In this document: positions 28,042 through 39,077 of the stretch, piece after piece
How positions within the stretch are numbered: position 1 is the stretch's first letter
Layout of the letters: each line of letters begins with the position of its first letter
NCBI GenBank assembly: GCA_036479435.1
Contig: JAZGFI010000113.1
Location: 18,711 to 82,710 of the forward strand
Reading direction: 5' to 3'
From: Planctomycetota bacterium
GTDB lineage: Bacteria; Planctomycetota; GCA-002687715; DRQF01
Length of the DNA: 64,000 nt
Translations under genes and position numbers: made by a program
The notes under the pieces: generated by a model
Database searches by the model: none
The model's input: the letters and a program-made list of their open reading frames with translations, nothing else
What the model was told of the DNA's origin: nothing

Positions 28042-29299
28042 AACCCAGGCATCAGGTTCAACCCCGGCCAACCGAGCCTCGCCGCTGACGGCGCCGGGCA
28101 TCGGCGGCGTACACCTCATTCAGATCTCGGGACCGGGCGTTGAGCCCTTCCTCAAGGTCCATTTTCGCCGGCGAGGACTGCGGGGTCGCGAGCCTTTTTT
28201 CGGAGACCTGGTCGCTGGCGACGAACTCATCGACGAGGTTCTCGTGCAGGAGCACGAGGTCGGCGTTGCTGCGGTCGTCGACTTAGGTCTTCACGGCAGC
28301 GAGGCGGTCCGGAGGCGGGTGAAGCTCCTCTTGCAGGATGCGGGTTTTGAGTGGGCGACCGATCTTCATGATGCCGCAATGGGTTTGTCTTCGGCATCGG
28401 CCGCGAACGCCATCGAGATTGAGGCAGACGTCGGCATGCAGGCCAGTTGGGCTGAGCAAAGCACCCTGTTCTTCGCTGCGGTGATGGCGGGAGGATTGCG
28501 TCGCGAGTGCGAGGGTCTTCTTTGTGATATCGGCTCACTAGTTTCAGCCAATGAGTCCCAGCCATCGGCCTTAGTCCATGAAGTTCGCGAGGGAGTGGCG
28601 ACGAGGCTGCAAAGCCTTTGTGACCGTGCCCCGTTTGGGTTGGCGATGACGCGGGCTCCGGTCTTGGCGGTCATCGGGCCGGTCAACGCCGGCAAGAGCA
28701 CTCTGGTCAATCGACTCTGTGGTCAAGAGCGAGTCATTGCCGGTGAAGAGCCCGGGATGACCCGTGATCTCGTCGAAGCTCCGATCGCAATCCGAGGCTA
28801 CCCCTTTCGGCTCGTCGACACCGCGGGCCTGCGAGAAACTCAGGATGCCATGGAACGGGCCGGAATCGCGCGCGCCGTTACGTTGGCCAAAAAGGCGGAG
28901 ATCAAGTTGGAATTGGCTGATGCTCGCGACTTTTTTCGCGAGGATCGCCTTCGAAGCGAGAGCCTCCGCCCGCACGCGGACAGGGAGGTTTTCGGTCGCC
29001 AGCTTCGGGTCTTCAACAAGATCGATCTCTTGGAACCGAAGGAGATTCGTGCGTTACGCAAAGACCAGGCCGACGCGGTCCTTGTTTCGGCCAAGACCGG
29101 GGAGGGCTTTTCGAAGCTTGAGCAGTGGATCCTTTTTGCCTCAGCCTTCCGTGGCCCCGCGGTGCGGGAGTTTCCGACGCCCTTTACCTCACGGCAGCTA
29201 AGAGAACTCGAATTTGCCCGGCGAAAATGGCCACAAGATCCGGCGGCAACGTTGGCTGCCTTGGCGCGGCTGGTACAAGGCGATCCCAACGACCAATGA
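28028..29299 (+). CDS. MnmE(TrmE)-like GTPase lacking the usual C-terminal Cys motif
   Basis: N-terminus GIGGVHLIQISGPG. G-domain GPVNAGKSTLVN / GMTRD / DTAGLR / FNKIDLL / SAKTGEG. Ends ...ARLVQGDPNDQ. Start overlaps the coaX end by 14 nt. Confidence 0.7.
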   Translation: MARTETQASGSTPANRASPLTAPGIGGVHLIQISGPGVEPFLKVHFRRRGLRGREPFFGDLVAGDELIDEVLVQEHEVGVAAVVDLGLHGSEAVRRRVKLLLQDAGFEWATDLHDAAMGLSSASAANAIEIEADVGMQASWAEQSTLFFAAVMAGGLRRECEGLLCDIGSLVSANESQPSALVHEVREGVATRLQSLCDRAPFGLAMTRAPVLAVIGPVNAGKSTLVNRLCGQERVIAGEEPGMTRDLVEAPIAIRGYPFRLVDTAGLRETQDAMERAGIARAVTLAKKAEIKLELADARDFFREDRLRSESLRPHADREVFGRQLRVFNKIDLLEPKEIRALRKDQADAVLVSAKTGEGFSKLEQWILFASAFRGPAVREFPTPFTSRQLRELEFARRKWPQDPAATLAALARLVQGDPNDQ

Positions 29300-29350
29300 G
29301 GTCGTGAAGACCCTTGCATTGGCTCTCCCGGCGGCAACAATAGAAATGTC

Positions 29351-30538
29351 ATGAGCGAAAAGCGCGACTTCATATCGATTCAAGATCTTTCGAATGCCGA
29401 GATCGAGTCTTTGTTTTGCATCGCGGACAAGATGCGACGCTTGATTCGTGAGTCACACGGTCAGCTTGCGGGCCACATCCTCGGCAGCTTGTTCTTGGAG
29501 CCGAGCACGCGCACGCGGCTATCGTTCGAAGCCGCCATGAATCGACTTGGTGGCCGAGTTCTCACTATCACGGACGCGAACGCCTCGTCTTTTTCCAAGG
29601 GCGAATCGCTTGCGGACAGTGTTCGGATGGTGAGTTCCTACACCGATATCATCGTGCTTCGTCACCCCTTGGCGGGCGCGGCACGCGTTGCCGCCGAGCA
29701 TTCTGATTCTCCGGTGATCAATGCCGGAGACGGTGGGCACGAACACCCGACCCAAACTCTTTGCGACCTCTACGCTTTGAAGCGACTAAAAGGAGACCTC
29801 GCTAAACTAAAAGTCGTTCTCTATGGCGATCTTAAGTACGGACGTACAACTCACTCTCTTGCCCTGGCCCTGGTGCGGTTTGGAGCCGATGTCTTGGCTA
29901 TCGCGGAGAAAGGTCTGGAGCTGCCGAGTTACGTTCGCGAGGACTGCGCTGCCCTTACCCAAGGGGTTGATCGCGACGTTGTCATTCGCGGGGCCCGGAC
30001 CATCTTTCAAGGTGGCGAAGGCAAGGGCCTGTTGTTTTCAAAGCGGCCGGAATCCTGGGGCCTTGAGGGCGAGGTGCTTGACCTGCGTCGCCTCGAACTC
30101 GACGCGATTTACGTGACGCGCTTGCAGCGCGAGCGCGCCGCGGGCGGCGAAGCTTCCAACTACAGTTTGCCGAATGTCGACACCGCGTTTTTGTCCGCGG
30201 GTGCCTTTGAGAAGGCCGTCGTTCTGCATCCATTGCCCCGTCTGGATGAGATTCACCCCGATGTGGACCGCGACCCTCGCGGGGCCTACTTTCAGCAGGC
30301 CGCGTGGGGCGTGCCGATCCGAATGGCGCTGCTCTCGTTTTTGCTGGGGAAAGAGGTTTTTGAGGTCGCTCCTCGTCCGCGGCGAACGCTATTGCCTTTG
30401 CCGACCGGGGTGTCGTGCGCGAACGTGGGTTGCATCCTCAACGACGCCTCGGGGCCAAAAACCGGTTCCGCGTGGTGCGGGAGCGAGGGTCGCTTGCGCT
30501 GTGCTTATTGTGACCAACCTTTGCCCGGGCAACCTTAG
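29351..30538 (+). CDS. pyrB: Aspartate carbamoyltransferase catalytic chain fused to a PyrI-type Zn-binding domain
   Basis: EPSTRTRLSFE, HEHPTQ, HPLPR motifs. C-terminal C-x4-C-x22-C-x2-C (SCANVGCILND...RCAYCDQ). Confidence 0.9.
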   Translation: MSEKRDFISIQDLSNAEIESLFCIADKMRRLIRESHGQLAGHILGSLFLEPSTRTRLSFEAAMNRLGGRVLTITDANASSFSKGESLADSVRMVSSYTDIIVLRHPLAGAARVAAEHSDSPVINAGDGGHEHPTQTLCDLYALKRLKGDLAKLKVVLYGDLKYGRTTHSLALALVRFGADVLAIAEKGLELPSYVREDCAALTQGVDRDVVIRGARTIFQGGEGKGLLFSKRPESWGLEGEVLDLRRLELDAIYVTRLQRERAAGGEASNYSLPNVDTAFLSAGAFEKAVVLHPLPRLDEIHPDVDRDPRGAYFQQAAWGVPIRMALLSFLLGKEVFEVAPRPRRTLLPLPTGVSCANVGCILNDASGPKTGSAWCGSEGRLRCAYCDQPLPGQP

Positions 30539-30662
30539 CCCAGAGTTCTCGACGTTCGGAATGGCACAGTTATGGGCTGGCCTCATTCGGGGTTTCCGGG
30601 CGGGCATTCATAAACATAGTCTCATCAGCATGTTAAGTCCAAAAAAGAACTCCCATTGTTTT

Positions 30663-30678
30663 TGGCACGGTTTTGGCT
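30663..30678 (+). promoter_or_regulatory. Candidate sigma-54 (-24/-12) promoter
   Basis: TGGCACG-GTTT-TGGCT versus consensus TGGCACG-N4-TTGCW. GG-N10-GC spacing is correct, with one mismatch. Lies in a lower-GC intergenic region about 300 nt upstream of the 30984 lipoprotein gene. Confidence 0.3.
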
Positions 30679-30983
30679 GTTTCCTCATGGACCCGCAGGC
30701 CGGCACTTCGCCTTGTCCCTTAGCCCTTAAGCGGCTGGACAGATTTCGAAGGCTCGTTTGGACGCCCCTTCCTGTCACAAGATGGGGGCGCTAAGATGCC
30801 GCCGCGTCCAGCTTAAGGCCAAGTCTGCGAGCGATCTTTTGCCTCGGGTCTGGTCGATAGGAAAACGGATGTTGCGGCCGAGTGTGGCCGTGGAAAAAGA
30901 ACAACCAGTGACGGTTCGTGAAAAGTACGCAACCTGCGATTGATTCGGTTGCGACGCGCAAGTTAGCGGAAGGGGTTTTGTTT

Positions 30984-33473
<2,490 letters not shown>

Positions 33474-33544
33474 TCAGGGCTCGTTCGCGCTCCCGGACCT
33501 TCCGGTCTTACACTGGAGCCTGAGCTAATCGCGAAAACTTTAGA

Positions 33545-33590
33545 GACCGTCCCGCCTTCCCTTAAGGAAAGCAGGGCGGTCTTTTTCTTC
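33545..33590 (+). terminator. Imperfect hairpin + TTTTT after the lipoprotein gene
   Basis: gaccgtcccgccttcc-cttaa-ggaaagcagggcggtc with bulges, then tttttcttc. Confidence 0.6.
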
Positions 33591-33766
33591 GCTCTTTACA
33601 GCGCGCTCGAGGGCGACTAAGCTGCCCGAGGTTGGGAATTTTCGAAGCCTTTTTTGACCCCCCCTCTTATCCGACTTGGGTATGAGGTCGTTCTTTGTGC
33701 TGTAACGACAAGTTCTCTTGTTGGCGCAAAGAAGGGGACCAGGGCTTCACACCACGACATCGGAGA

Positions 33767-34654
33767 ATGCGCGGCATGAGCGCGCCGGAGATTGGCCTCT
33801 TCGCCTTTGCTGGCGTTCTTGGGCTTCTCGTCGGGAGCTTCTTGAACGTCGTCATCTATCGAGTGCCACGCATGTGTCTCTCGATTTGGCGTCAAACTCG
33901 TTCTCGCTGTCCCCACTGCGGGGTACAAATCCGATGGTTTGACAATATTCCAGTGCTGAGCTGGCTCGGCCTGAGGGGGCGTTGTTTCAAATGCCGGGCG
34001 AGGATTTCCCTTCGCTATCCCCTGGTCGAACTCTTAACAGCTGGCCTCTTTGTTCTCTTTGCTTGGGCTGATGCCGAACGCTTTGGCGGCGCGCGTCTGG
34101 CCCTGGCTGATGAGACGTTCTGGGCTTTATGGGGCGTCCACGCGCTCCTGGGTTCGGCGCTTTTGGCTTTGGCCGTGATCGACATTGACTTTCGGATTCT
34201 GCCGGATGTCATCACGCTGCCGGGAATCCTCATGGCGCCAATCTTGGTGCTCGCCGTGCCGGCCGTGATGCCGGACTTAGTGTGGAGACCCTTTGAGGCC
34301 GGAGGGATGGGCATTCGGCTCAACGCTCTCGTGAACTCCCTGGCGGGCGTTATCGGCGGCGGTGGGTTGCTCTGGGGCTTGGGTTGGCTTGCTTCAAAGG
34401 CTTTTCGCAAGCCGGCGATGGGGCTTGGAGATGTCAAACTCTTCGCGGCGATGGGGGGCTTTCTCGGCGCGTGGCTGATCTTGGCCCTCGTGCTCGCTTC
34501 TTTCATCGGAAGCGTCATCGGAATCGGAATCTTAGTGATCAAAAAAGATCGCTACGTCCCATTTGGGCCATTTTTGGCCGCGGGGATGGTTCTGTGCCTG
34601 CTGTGGGGTCCAGACATCCTCCAAGCGATCGAAATGCGTCTCGCACCGGCTTAG
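33767..34654 (+). CDS. pilD: Prepilin peptidase / N-methyltransferase (A24 family)
   Basis: GSFLNVVIYRVP, CPHCG...CFKC, GLGDVKLFAAMGGFLG. Start is 33767 or 33776. Confidence 0.87.
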   Translation: MRGMSAPEIGLFAFAGVLGLLVGSFLNVVIYRVPRMCLSIWRQTRSRCPHCGVQIRWFDNIPVLSWLGLRGRCFKCRARISLRYPLVELLTAGLFVLFAWADAERFGGARLALADETFWALWGVHALLGSALLALAVIDIDFRILPDVITLPGILMAPILVLAVPAVMPDLVWRPFEAGGMGIRLNALVNSLAGVIGGGGLLWGLGWLASKAFRKPAMGLGDVKLFAAMGGFLGAWLILALVLASFIGSVIGIGILVIKKDRYVPFGPFLAAGMVLCLLWGPDILQAIEMRLAPA

Positions 34655-34738
34655 TTCGGTGCGCGGCCGCAAAGACGCCGCAATTTTTTCATTAGGCACG
34701 GGTCTCTGGGGAGGGACCGCCGCATCAGGAGGTAGACC

Positions 34739-35578
34739 ATGTCGCATGCGACACAAAGATTTTTGACCTTGGCAGTATTGGCGAGTTTGGCCGCGGCTCT
34801 GTTGACGAGCTGCGCATCGACGAACCAAGACGAGTATCAAGATGATGCCAGGTTGGTATCGGTGCGGGAAGACAACGAGACTCTAAAGCGCCGCTTGGTG
34901 GACATGGGTTCGGTCGAGACCGCGCTCGAGCGCGAGTTGAACGCCAAAAAAGGCGAGACTCGTTCGGCCACGGCAGAAAGCCAGCGGCTGCGCAGCGAAA
35001 ATCGCCGCCTGCTGGCCGAGCTTGACCGCTTGAAGCGCCAGCCCAAGCCAGCGGCGAATACGCTTCGCCCGAATTCGCGTCGCGGTGAACGAAGCGTTTC
35101 GGTGGTAACACCGTTGCGGAATCGCGGTGGCCTGACGGCGCCCAAAATCAACTTTTCGTCGCTTGTTGGCAAAGACATCGAAGTCGTCGATAACGGTGAC
35201 GGAAAACTGCGGGTTCGCTTGGCGGGTGCGACAATGTTTCGCACTGCGTCTTCTGACCTCAGCAAAGGTGGTAGGAAGATTCTCGACAAGGTCGGCGACA
35301 TCCTACGGGAGAATCGGGGCGTTTTCGTCAGTGTTGAGGGCCATACCGATGCCACGCCGCTCGGAAAAAGCCGCACACAGTGGGGTACCAACATGGCGCT
35401 GTCGATGGCGCGCGCTCTCGTTGTACAGGACTACCTGAAGAACTCGGAGAAGATCTCTGAAAAGCGTATGCGCGTCGTGGGATATGGTGAACACCGCCCG
35501 GCGCAATCGGGTCGTAGCGCCTCGGCCCTTGCCAAAAACCGTCGCGTCGAACTCGTGCTGACGAATCGAGCGCCCTAA
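34739..35578 (+). CDS. OmpA/MotB-domain lipoprotein with coiled-coil linker
   Basis: Lipobox LAAALLTSC. Coiled coil ETLKRRLVDMG...ENRRLLAELDRLKRQ. OmpA-like VEGHTDATPLG...NMALSMARALVV...NRRVELVL. Confidence 0.82.
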   Translation: MSHATQRFLTLAVLASLAAALLTSCASTNQDEYQDDARLVSVREDNETLKRRLVDMGSVETALERELNAKKGETRSATAESQRLRSENRRLLAELDRLKRQPKPAANTLRPNSRRGERSVSVVTPLRNRGGLTAPKINFSSLVGKDIEVVDNGDGKLRVRLAGATMFRTASSDLSKGGRKILDKVGDILRENRGVFVSVEGHTDATPLGKSRTQWGTNMALSMARALVVQDYLKNSEKISEKRMRVVGYGEHRPAQSGRSASALAKNRRVELVLTNRAP

Positions 35579-35641
35579 TTCGCAAAGGAAGCCTTGCGCA
35601 TTCCGGTGCTAGGGTCCGCCTAAGCGGATCTCGTTGACGAG

Positions 35642-35681
35642 GAAGCCCGAAGAGACTCAGTCTCTTCGGGCTTCTTGTCTT
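35642..35681 (+). terminator. Rho-independent terminator
   Basis: 15-bp perfect stem gaagcccgaagagac/gtctcttcgggcttc, 3-nt loop, T-rich tail. Confidence 0.78.
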
Positions 35682-35758
35682 GTCAAAAATGCGAGGTCAA
35701 TTTAGTCTCTTAATTCGAATCCTAGCGTACTAGTCGAAAGTCTCAGGGAGAACGCACC

Positions 35759-37801
35759 ATGGGAAGACCTGCCCCCTCCAGCATTCGAAACGTCTGTATT
35801 GTTGGTCACAGTGATGCTGGAAAGACATCTTTGGCCGATGCGCTCTTGTTCAAGGCCGGTGCCGTTACTCGACAGGGCAATGTCAAAGACAAGTCTTCCG
35901 TTTTCGATCACGACGATCAGGAACACGAAAAGCAACACAGCCTCGAGAGCGCTTTGGCACACTGCGAGTGGGATGGCCTTCGATTCAACATCATCGACAC
36001 TCCTGGGTATCCGGATTTCATCGGTGATGCGGTGGGGGCTATTTCTGCGAGCGACGGCGTCATTATTTGCGTCAACGCATCCCAAGGCGTTCAGGTGAAC
36101 ACCCGCCGCGTGTTCGATGTGGCGGAGAAACTTCGCAAGGCGCGCATCATCGTCTTGACCAAGGGTGATATGCCTGACCTTGACTTCGAGAAGTCCGTTG
36201 CGGAGGTTCAGACTTGGTTCGGAAAGCGTTGTGTCCCCATTGCCTTGCCGAACAGCTTCGGGCCGGGTTTTAGCGAGACTGAGAAATTCTTGAGGAACAA
36301 GGGCGGCACGAGCGACCTTGCGAAAGCCTGGTATCAATCTTTCGTTGAGGGTGCCGTTGAGTTCGACGATGACGTCACGATGAAGTACATCGAGGGCGAA
36401 GAGATCGGAACGGAAGATCTGAAGCGTTGTTTCTGCGGCGCGGTCGGCACCGGGATGGTGACGCCCATCATCAGCACGAGTGTCGAAAAAGACGTTGGAC
36501 TGCGTGACGTTCTGGATTCAATCAAAGTGTTCGTGCCCGATGCCGATGTCGCGGCGGGGCGCCGAGGGCTCTATCCTGATCTGAAGGCCGCGGGCGAGCG
36601 CGTCCAAGTGTCAGACCTTGGCAACGACGAGTTTTACGGCCAGGTCTTCAAGGTGGTCATCGACAAACACGTCGGGAAGGTCGCTTTTTTGAAGGTTCAC
36701 AACGGTGTTGTCAAGCACGGTGACATCATCCACAACTCGAGGGGAGGCCGAAAGGAGAAAGTTGGCCACCTCGTGGAACCCATGGGCAAAGAACTCGAGG
36801 CGACAGCGTCTGCGGTCGTCGGCGACACCGTGGCCCTGACGAAAATCGACAGCATCGACCTCGGGGACACCATTTCATCGGCTACAGATCCGATGTCGTT
36901 CGCGCCCATCCCCTTTCCACGCCCCATGGCTCAGCTGGCGGTCCGGCCCGCGACCCGGGGCGATGAGACCAAAATCTCCGAGGCGTTTTCCAAACTCAGC
37001 AACGAAATCCCGACCTTCGAGGTCGATCGCGACCCGATTACCAATGAACTGATCGCCCACGCCATGAGCAATCTTCAGCTTGAGATGGCGTTTCAGCGGC
37101 TAAAGGACCGCTACGGGATCGAAGTTACGACTTCTCCGGCGCGGATTCCCTACCGCGAAACCGTGCAGGTCACGGCCGAAGGACACTATCGCCACAAAAA
37201 ACAAAGCGGGGGACGCGGTCAATTCGGAGAGGTATTCCTGAAGATCATGCCCTGCGAACCAGGGTCGGGCCTACAGCTGGACTGGGATATCGTGGGTGGC
37301 TCGATCCCGTCGAACTTCGCGCCGGCGATCGAAAAGGGGATTCGCGAGAAGATGGCGGGGGGGGTTATTGCGGGTTATCCAATCCTTGACGCCCACGTTA
37401 GCGTTCATGACGGCAAATTTCACGACGTCGATTCGTCCGAAGCAGCCTTCAAGATCGCGGGGGGGAGGGCCTTCGCCGAGGCGATCAAGGCCGCTCGACC
37501 GATCTTGTTGGAGCCCATTTTGGACGTTGAAATTGTCATTCCAGGGGCAGCGATGGGAGATGTGTCGGGTGATCTCAATACTCGACGCGGACGGATCCAG
37601 GGTATGGACGCAAAGGGTCAGTTTCAGATCATCAAGGCTCATGTGCCGAAGGCTGAAATGGGAGAGTACCCGAGAGTTTTGACTTCGCTAACATCCGGCG
37701 AGGGCTCCTTTAGTTACGAGGAGTGCGGTTACGAAGCCGTGCCAGGCAACGTTCAACAACAAATCATCGCTGACTATAAACCGCACGAAGAAGAAGAATA
37801 G
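35759..37801 (+). CDS. Elongation factor G paralogue (EF-G2-like)
   Basis: IRNVCIVGHSDAGKTSLADALLFKAGA, DTPGYPDF. Domains III-V look conserved (HYRHKKQSGGRGQFGEV). Stand-alone, not in a str operon. Confidence 0.85.
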   Translation: MGRPAPSSIRNVCIVGHSDAGKTSLADALLFKAGAVTRQGNVKDKSSVFDHDDQEHEKQHSLESALAHCEWDGLRFNIIDTPGYPDFIGDAVGAISASDGVIICVNASQGVQVNTRRVFDVAEKLRKARIIVLTKGDMPDLDFEKSVAEVQTWFGKRCVPIALPNSFGPGFSETEKFLRNKGGTSDLAKAWYQSFVEGAVEFDDDVTMKYIEGEEIGTEDLKRCFCGAVGTGMVTPIISTSVEKDVGLRDVLDSIKVFVPDADVAAGRRGLYPDLKAAGERVQVSDLGNDEFYGQVFKVVIDKHVGKVAFLKVHNGVVKHGDIIHNSRGGRKEKVGHLVEPMGKELEATASAVVGDTVALTKIDSIDLGDTISSATDPMSFAPIPFPRPMAQLAVRPATRGDETKISEAFSKLSNEIPTFEVDRDPITNELIAHAMSNLQLEMAFQRLKDRYGIEVTTSPARIPYRETVQVTAEGHYRHKKQSGGRGQFGEVFLKIMPCEPGSGLQLDWDIVGGSIPSNFAPAIEKGIREKMAGGVIAGYPILDAHVSVHDGKFHDVDSSEAAFKIAGGRAFAEAIKAARPILLEPILDVEIVIPGAAMGDVSGDLNTRRGRIQGMDAKGQFQIIKAHVPKAEMGEYPRVLTSLTSGEGSFSYEECGYEAVPGNVQQQIIADYKPHEEEE

Positions 37802-37847
37802 ATCGACTTTTCGCAACTCAGCGTCTAAAAATCCGACACTTATGCGA

Positions 37848-37886
37848 GGCCGCAGCATGCCCTCTTGGCGCTGCGGTCTTTTTTTT
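37848..37886 (+). terminator. Rho-independent terminator after the EF-G paralogue
   Basis: ggccgcagc/gctgcggtc stem (one G-U), 13-nt loop, T8. Confidence 0.8.
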
Positions 37887-37989
37887 GTCGATGAAATGTC
37901 ACCCAATCGCCAACTTTTTGCTCGATATGCGCCGATAGAGCTTTCGCGGGAAGCGCTTGCGGTCCCGTTACAGCTCGGAGAAGACAGCG

Positions 37990-39066
37990 ATGATCGTGTT
38001 GGAAGATCTGTTGACATCACTAGTGGAACGCGGGGGATCGGATCTCCATATTTCCGCCGGGAGTCCACCGAAGTTCAGGTTGGACGGTGAACTCATTGAT
38101 GCCGCGCACGAACCACTGAAATCCGAAGAGACGAAAAGGCTCGTCTACAGCATCCTGAACGCCGAGCAGATCGCGCGTTTCGAAAAGGACCTGGAACTCG
38201 ACCTCAGTTTCGGCATCACGGGATTGGGACGCTTTAGGACCAATGTCTTCCAGCAGCGCGGCGCCGTCAGCGGCGTTTTTCGCGTCATCCCCTACGAGAT
38301 TCAGGGCTTCAAGGAGCTGGGCCTTCCGGTCGAAATTTGCAAGAACATCTGTTCGATCCCGAAGGGCCTCGTACTCGTTACGGGGGCGACGGGCAGCGGC
38401 AAATCGACGTCGTTGGCTTCGATGATTGACGAAATCAACCAGCACCGCCGGCAACACATTGTCACGATCGAGGACCCCATCGAGTTCTTGCATGTGAACA
38501 AGAAGTCACTGTTCAATCAGCGAGAGGTCGGTGCGGATACTTTCGCTTTTGAGCGGGCGCTCAAGAGCGTTCTCCGCCAGGACCCGGATGTCGTTCTTAT
38601 CGGCGAGTTACGTACCCTTGAGACTATCGAGGCTGCGTTGACTTTGGCGGAGACCGGGCACCTGACCTTTGCCACGCTTCACACTTCTGACTGTGTTCAG
38701 ACCATCAACCGCATCGTCGATGTGTTTCCTGCCAATCAACAACAACAAGTGCGCACGCAGCTTTCCTTCACTCTCCAAGCCGTCTTTTGCCAACAGCTCA
38801 TTCCGACGGCAGACGGTCGAGGTCGGACGCTTGCTTGCGAAATCATGATCGCGAACTCTGCGGTCAAAGCTCTGATTCGTGAGAACAAAGCCCACCAAAT
38901 TTACTCTCAGATTCAGACCGGGGGGTCGCTGGGAATGCAAACGATGAACATGGCACTGAATGAGCTCTACCAAACCAGGAAGATCTCCTTGGACGAGGCG
39001 CTGACGCGCTCGACGGACAAAGAGGATCTCAAGCGCTTGGTTTCGAAACAGCCGGCGTTGCGATAG
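37990..39066 (+). CDS. pilT: Twitching-motility ATPase PilT (paralogue 2)
   Basis: MIVLEDLLTSLVERGGSDLHISAGSPPKFRLDGEL. Walker A GATGSGKST, DVVLIGELRT, TGHLTFATLHT. SD GGAGAAG upstream. Confidence 0.9.
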   Translation: MIVLEDLLTSLVERGGSDLHISAGSPPKFRLDGELIDAAHEPLKSEETKRLVYSILNAEQIARFEKDLELDLSFGITGLGRFRTNVFQQRGAVSGVFRVIPYEIQGFKELGLPVEICKNICSIPKGLVLVTGATGSGKSTSLASMIDEINQHRRQHIVTIEDPIEFLHVNKKSLFNQREVGADTFAFERALKSVLRQDPDVVLIGELRTLETIEAALTLAETGHLTFATLHTSDCVQTINRIVDVFPANQQQQVRTQLSFTLQAVFCQQLIPTADGRGRTLACEIMIANSAVKALIRENKAHQIYSQIQTGGSLGMQTMNMALNELYQTRKISLDEALTRSTDKEDLKRLVSKQPALR

Positions 39067-39077
39067 AGGGGAATTAG

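Noticed and set aside
30561-30576. A second TGGCAC motif (TGGCACAGTTATGGGC) lies 100 nt upstream of the reported sigma-54 candidate.
   Set aside because: The -12 element reads TGGG rather than TTGC, which is two mismatches including the essential C. It is kept only as context for the better site.
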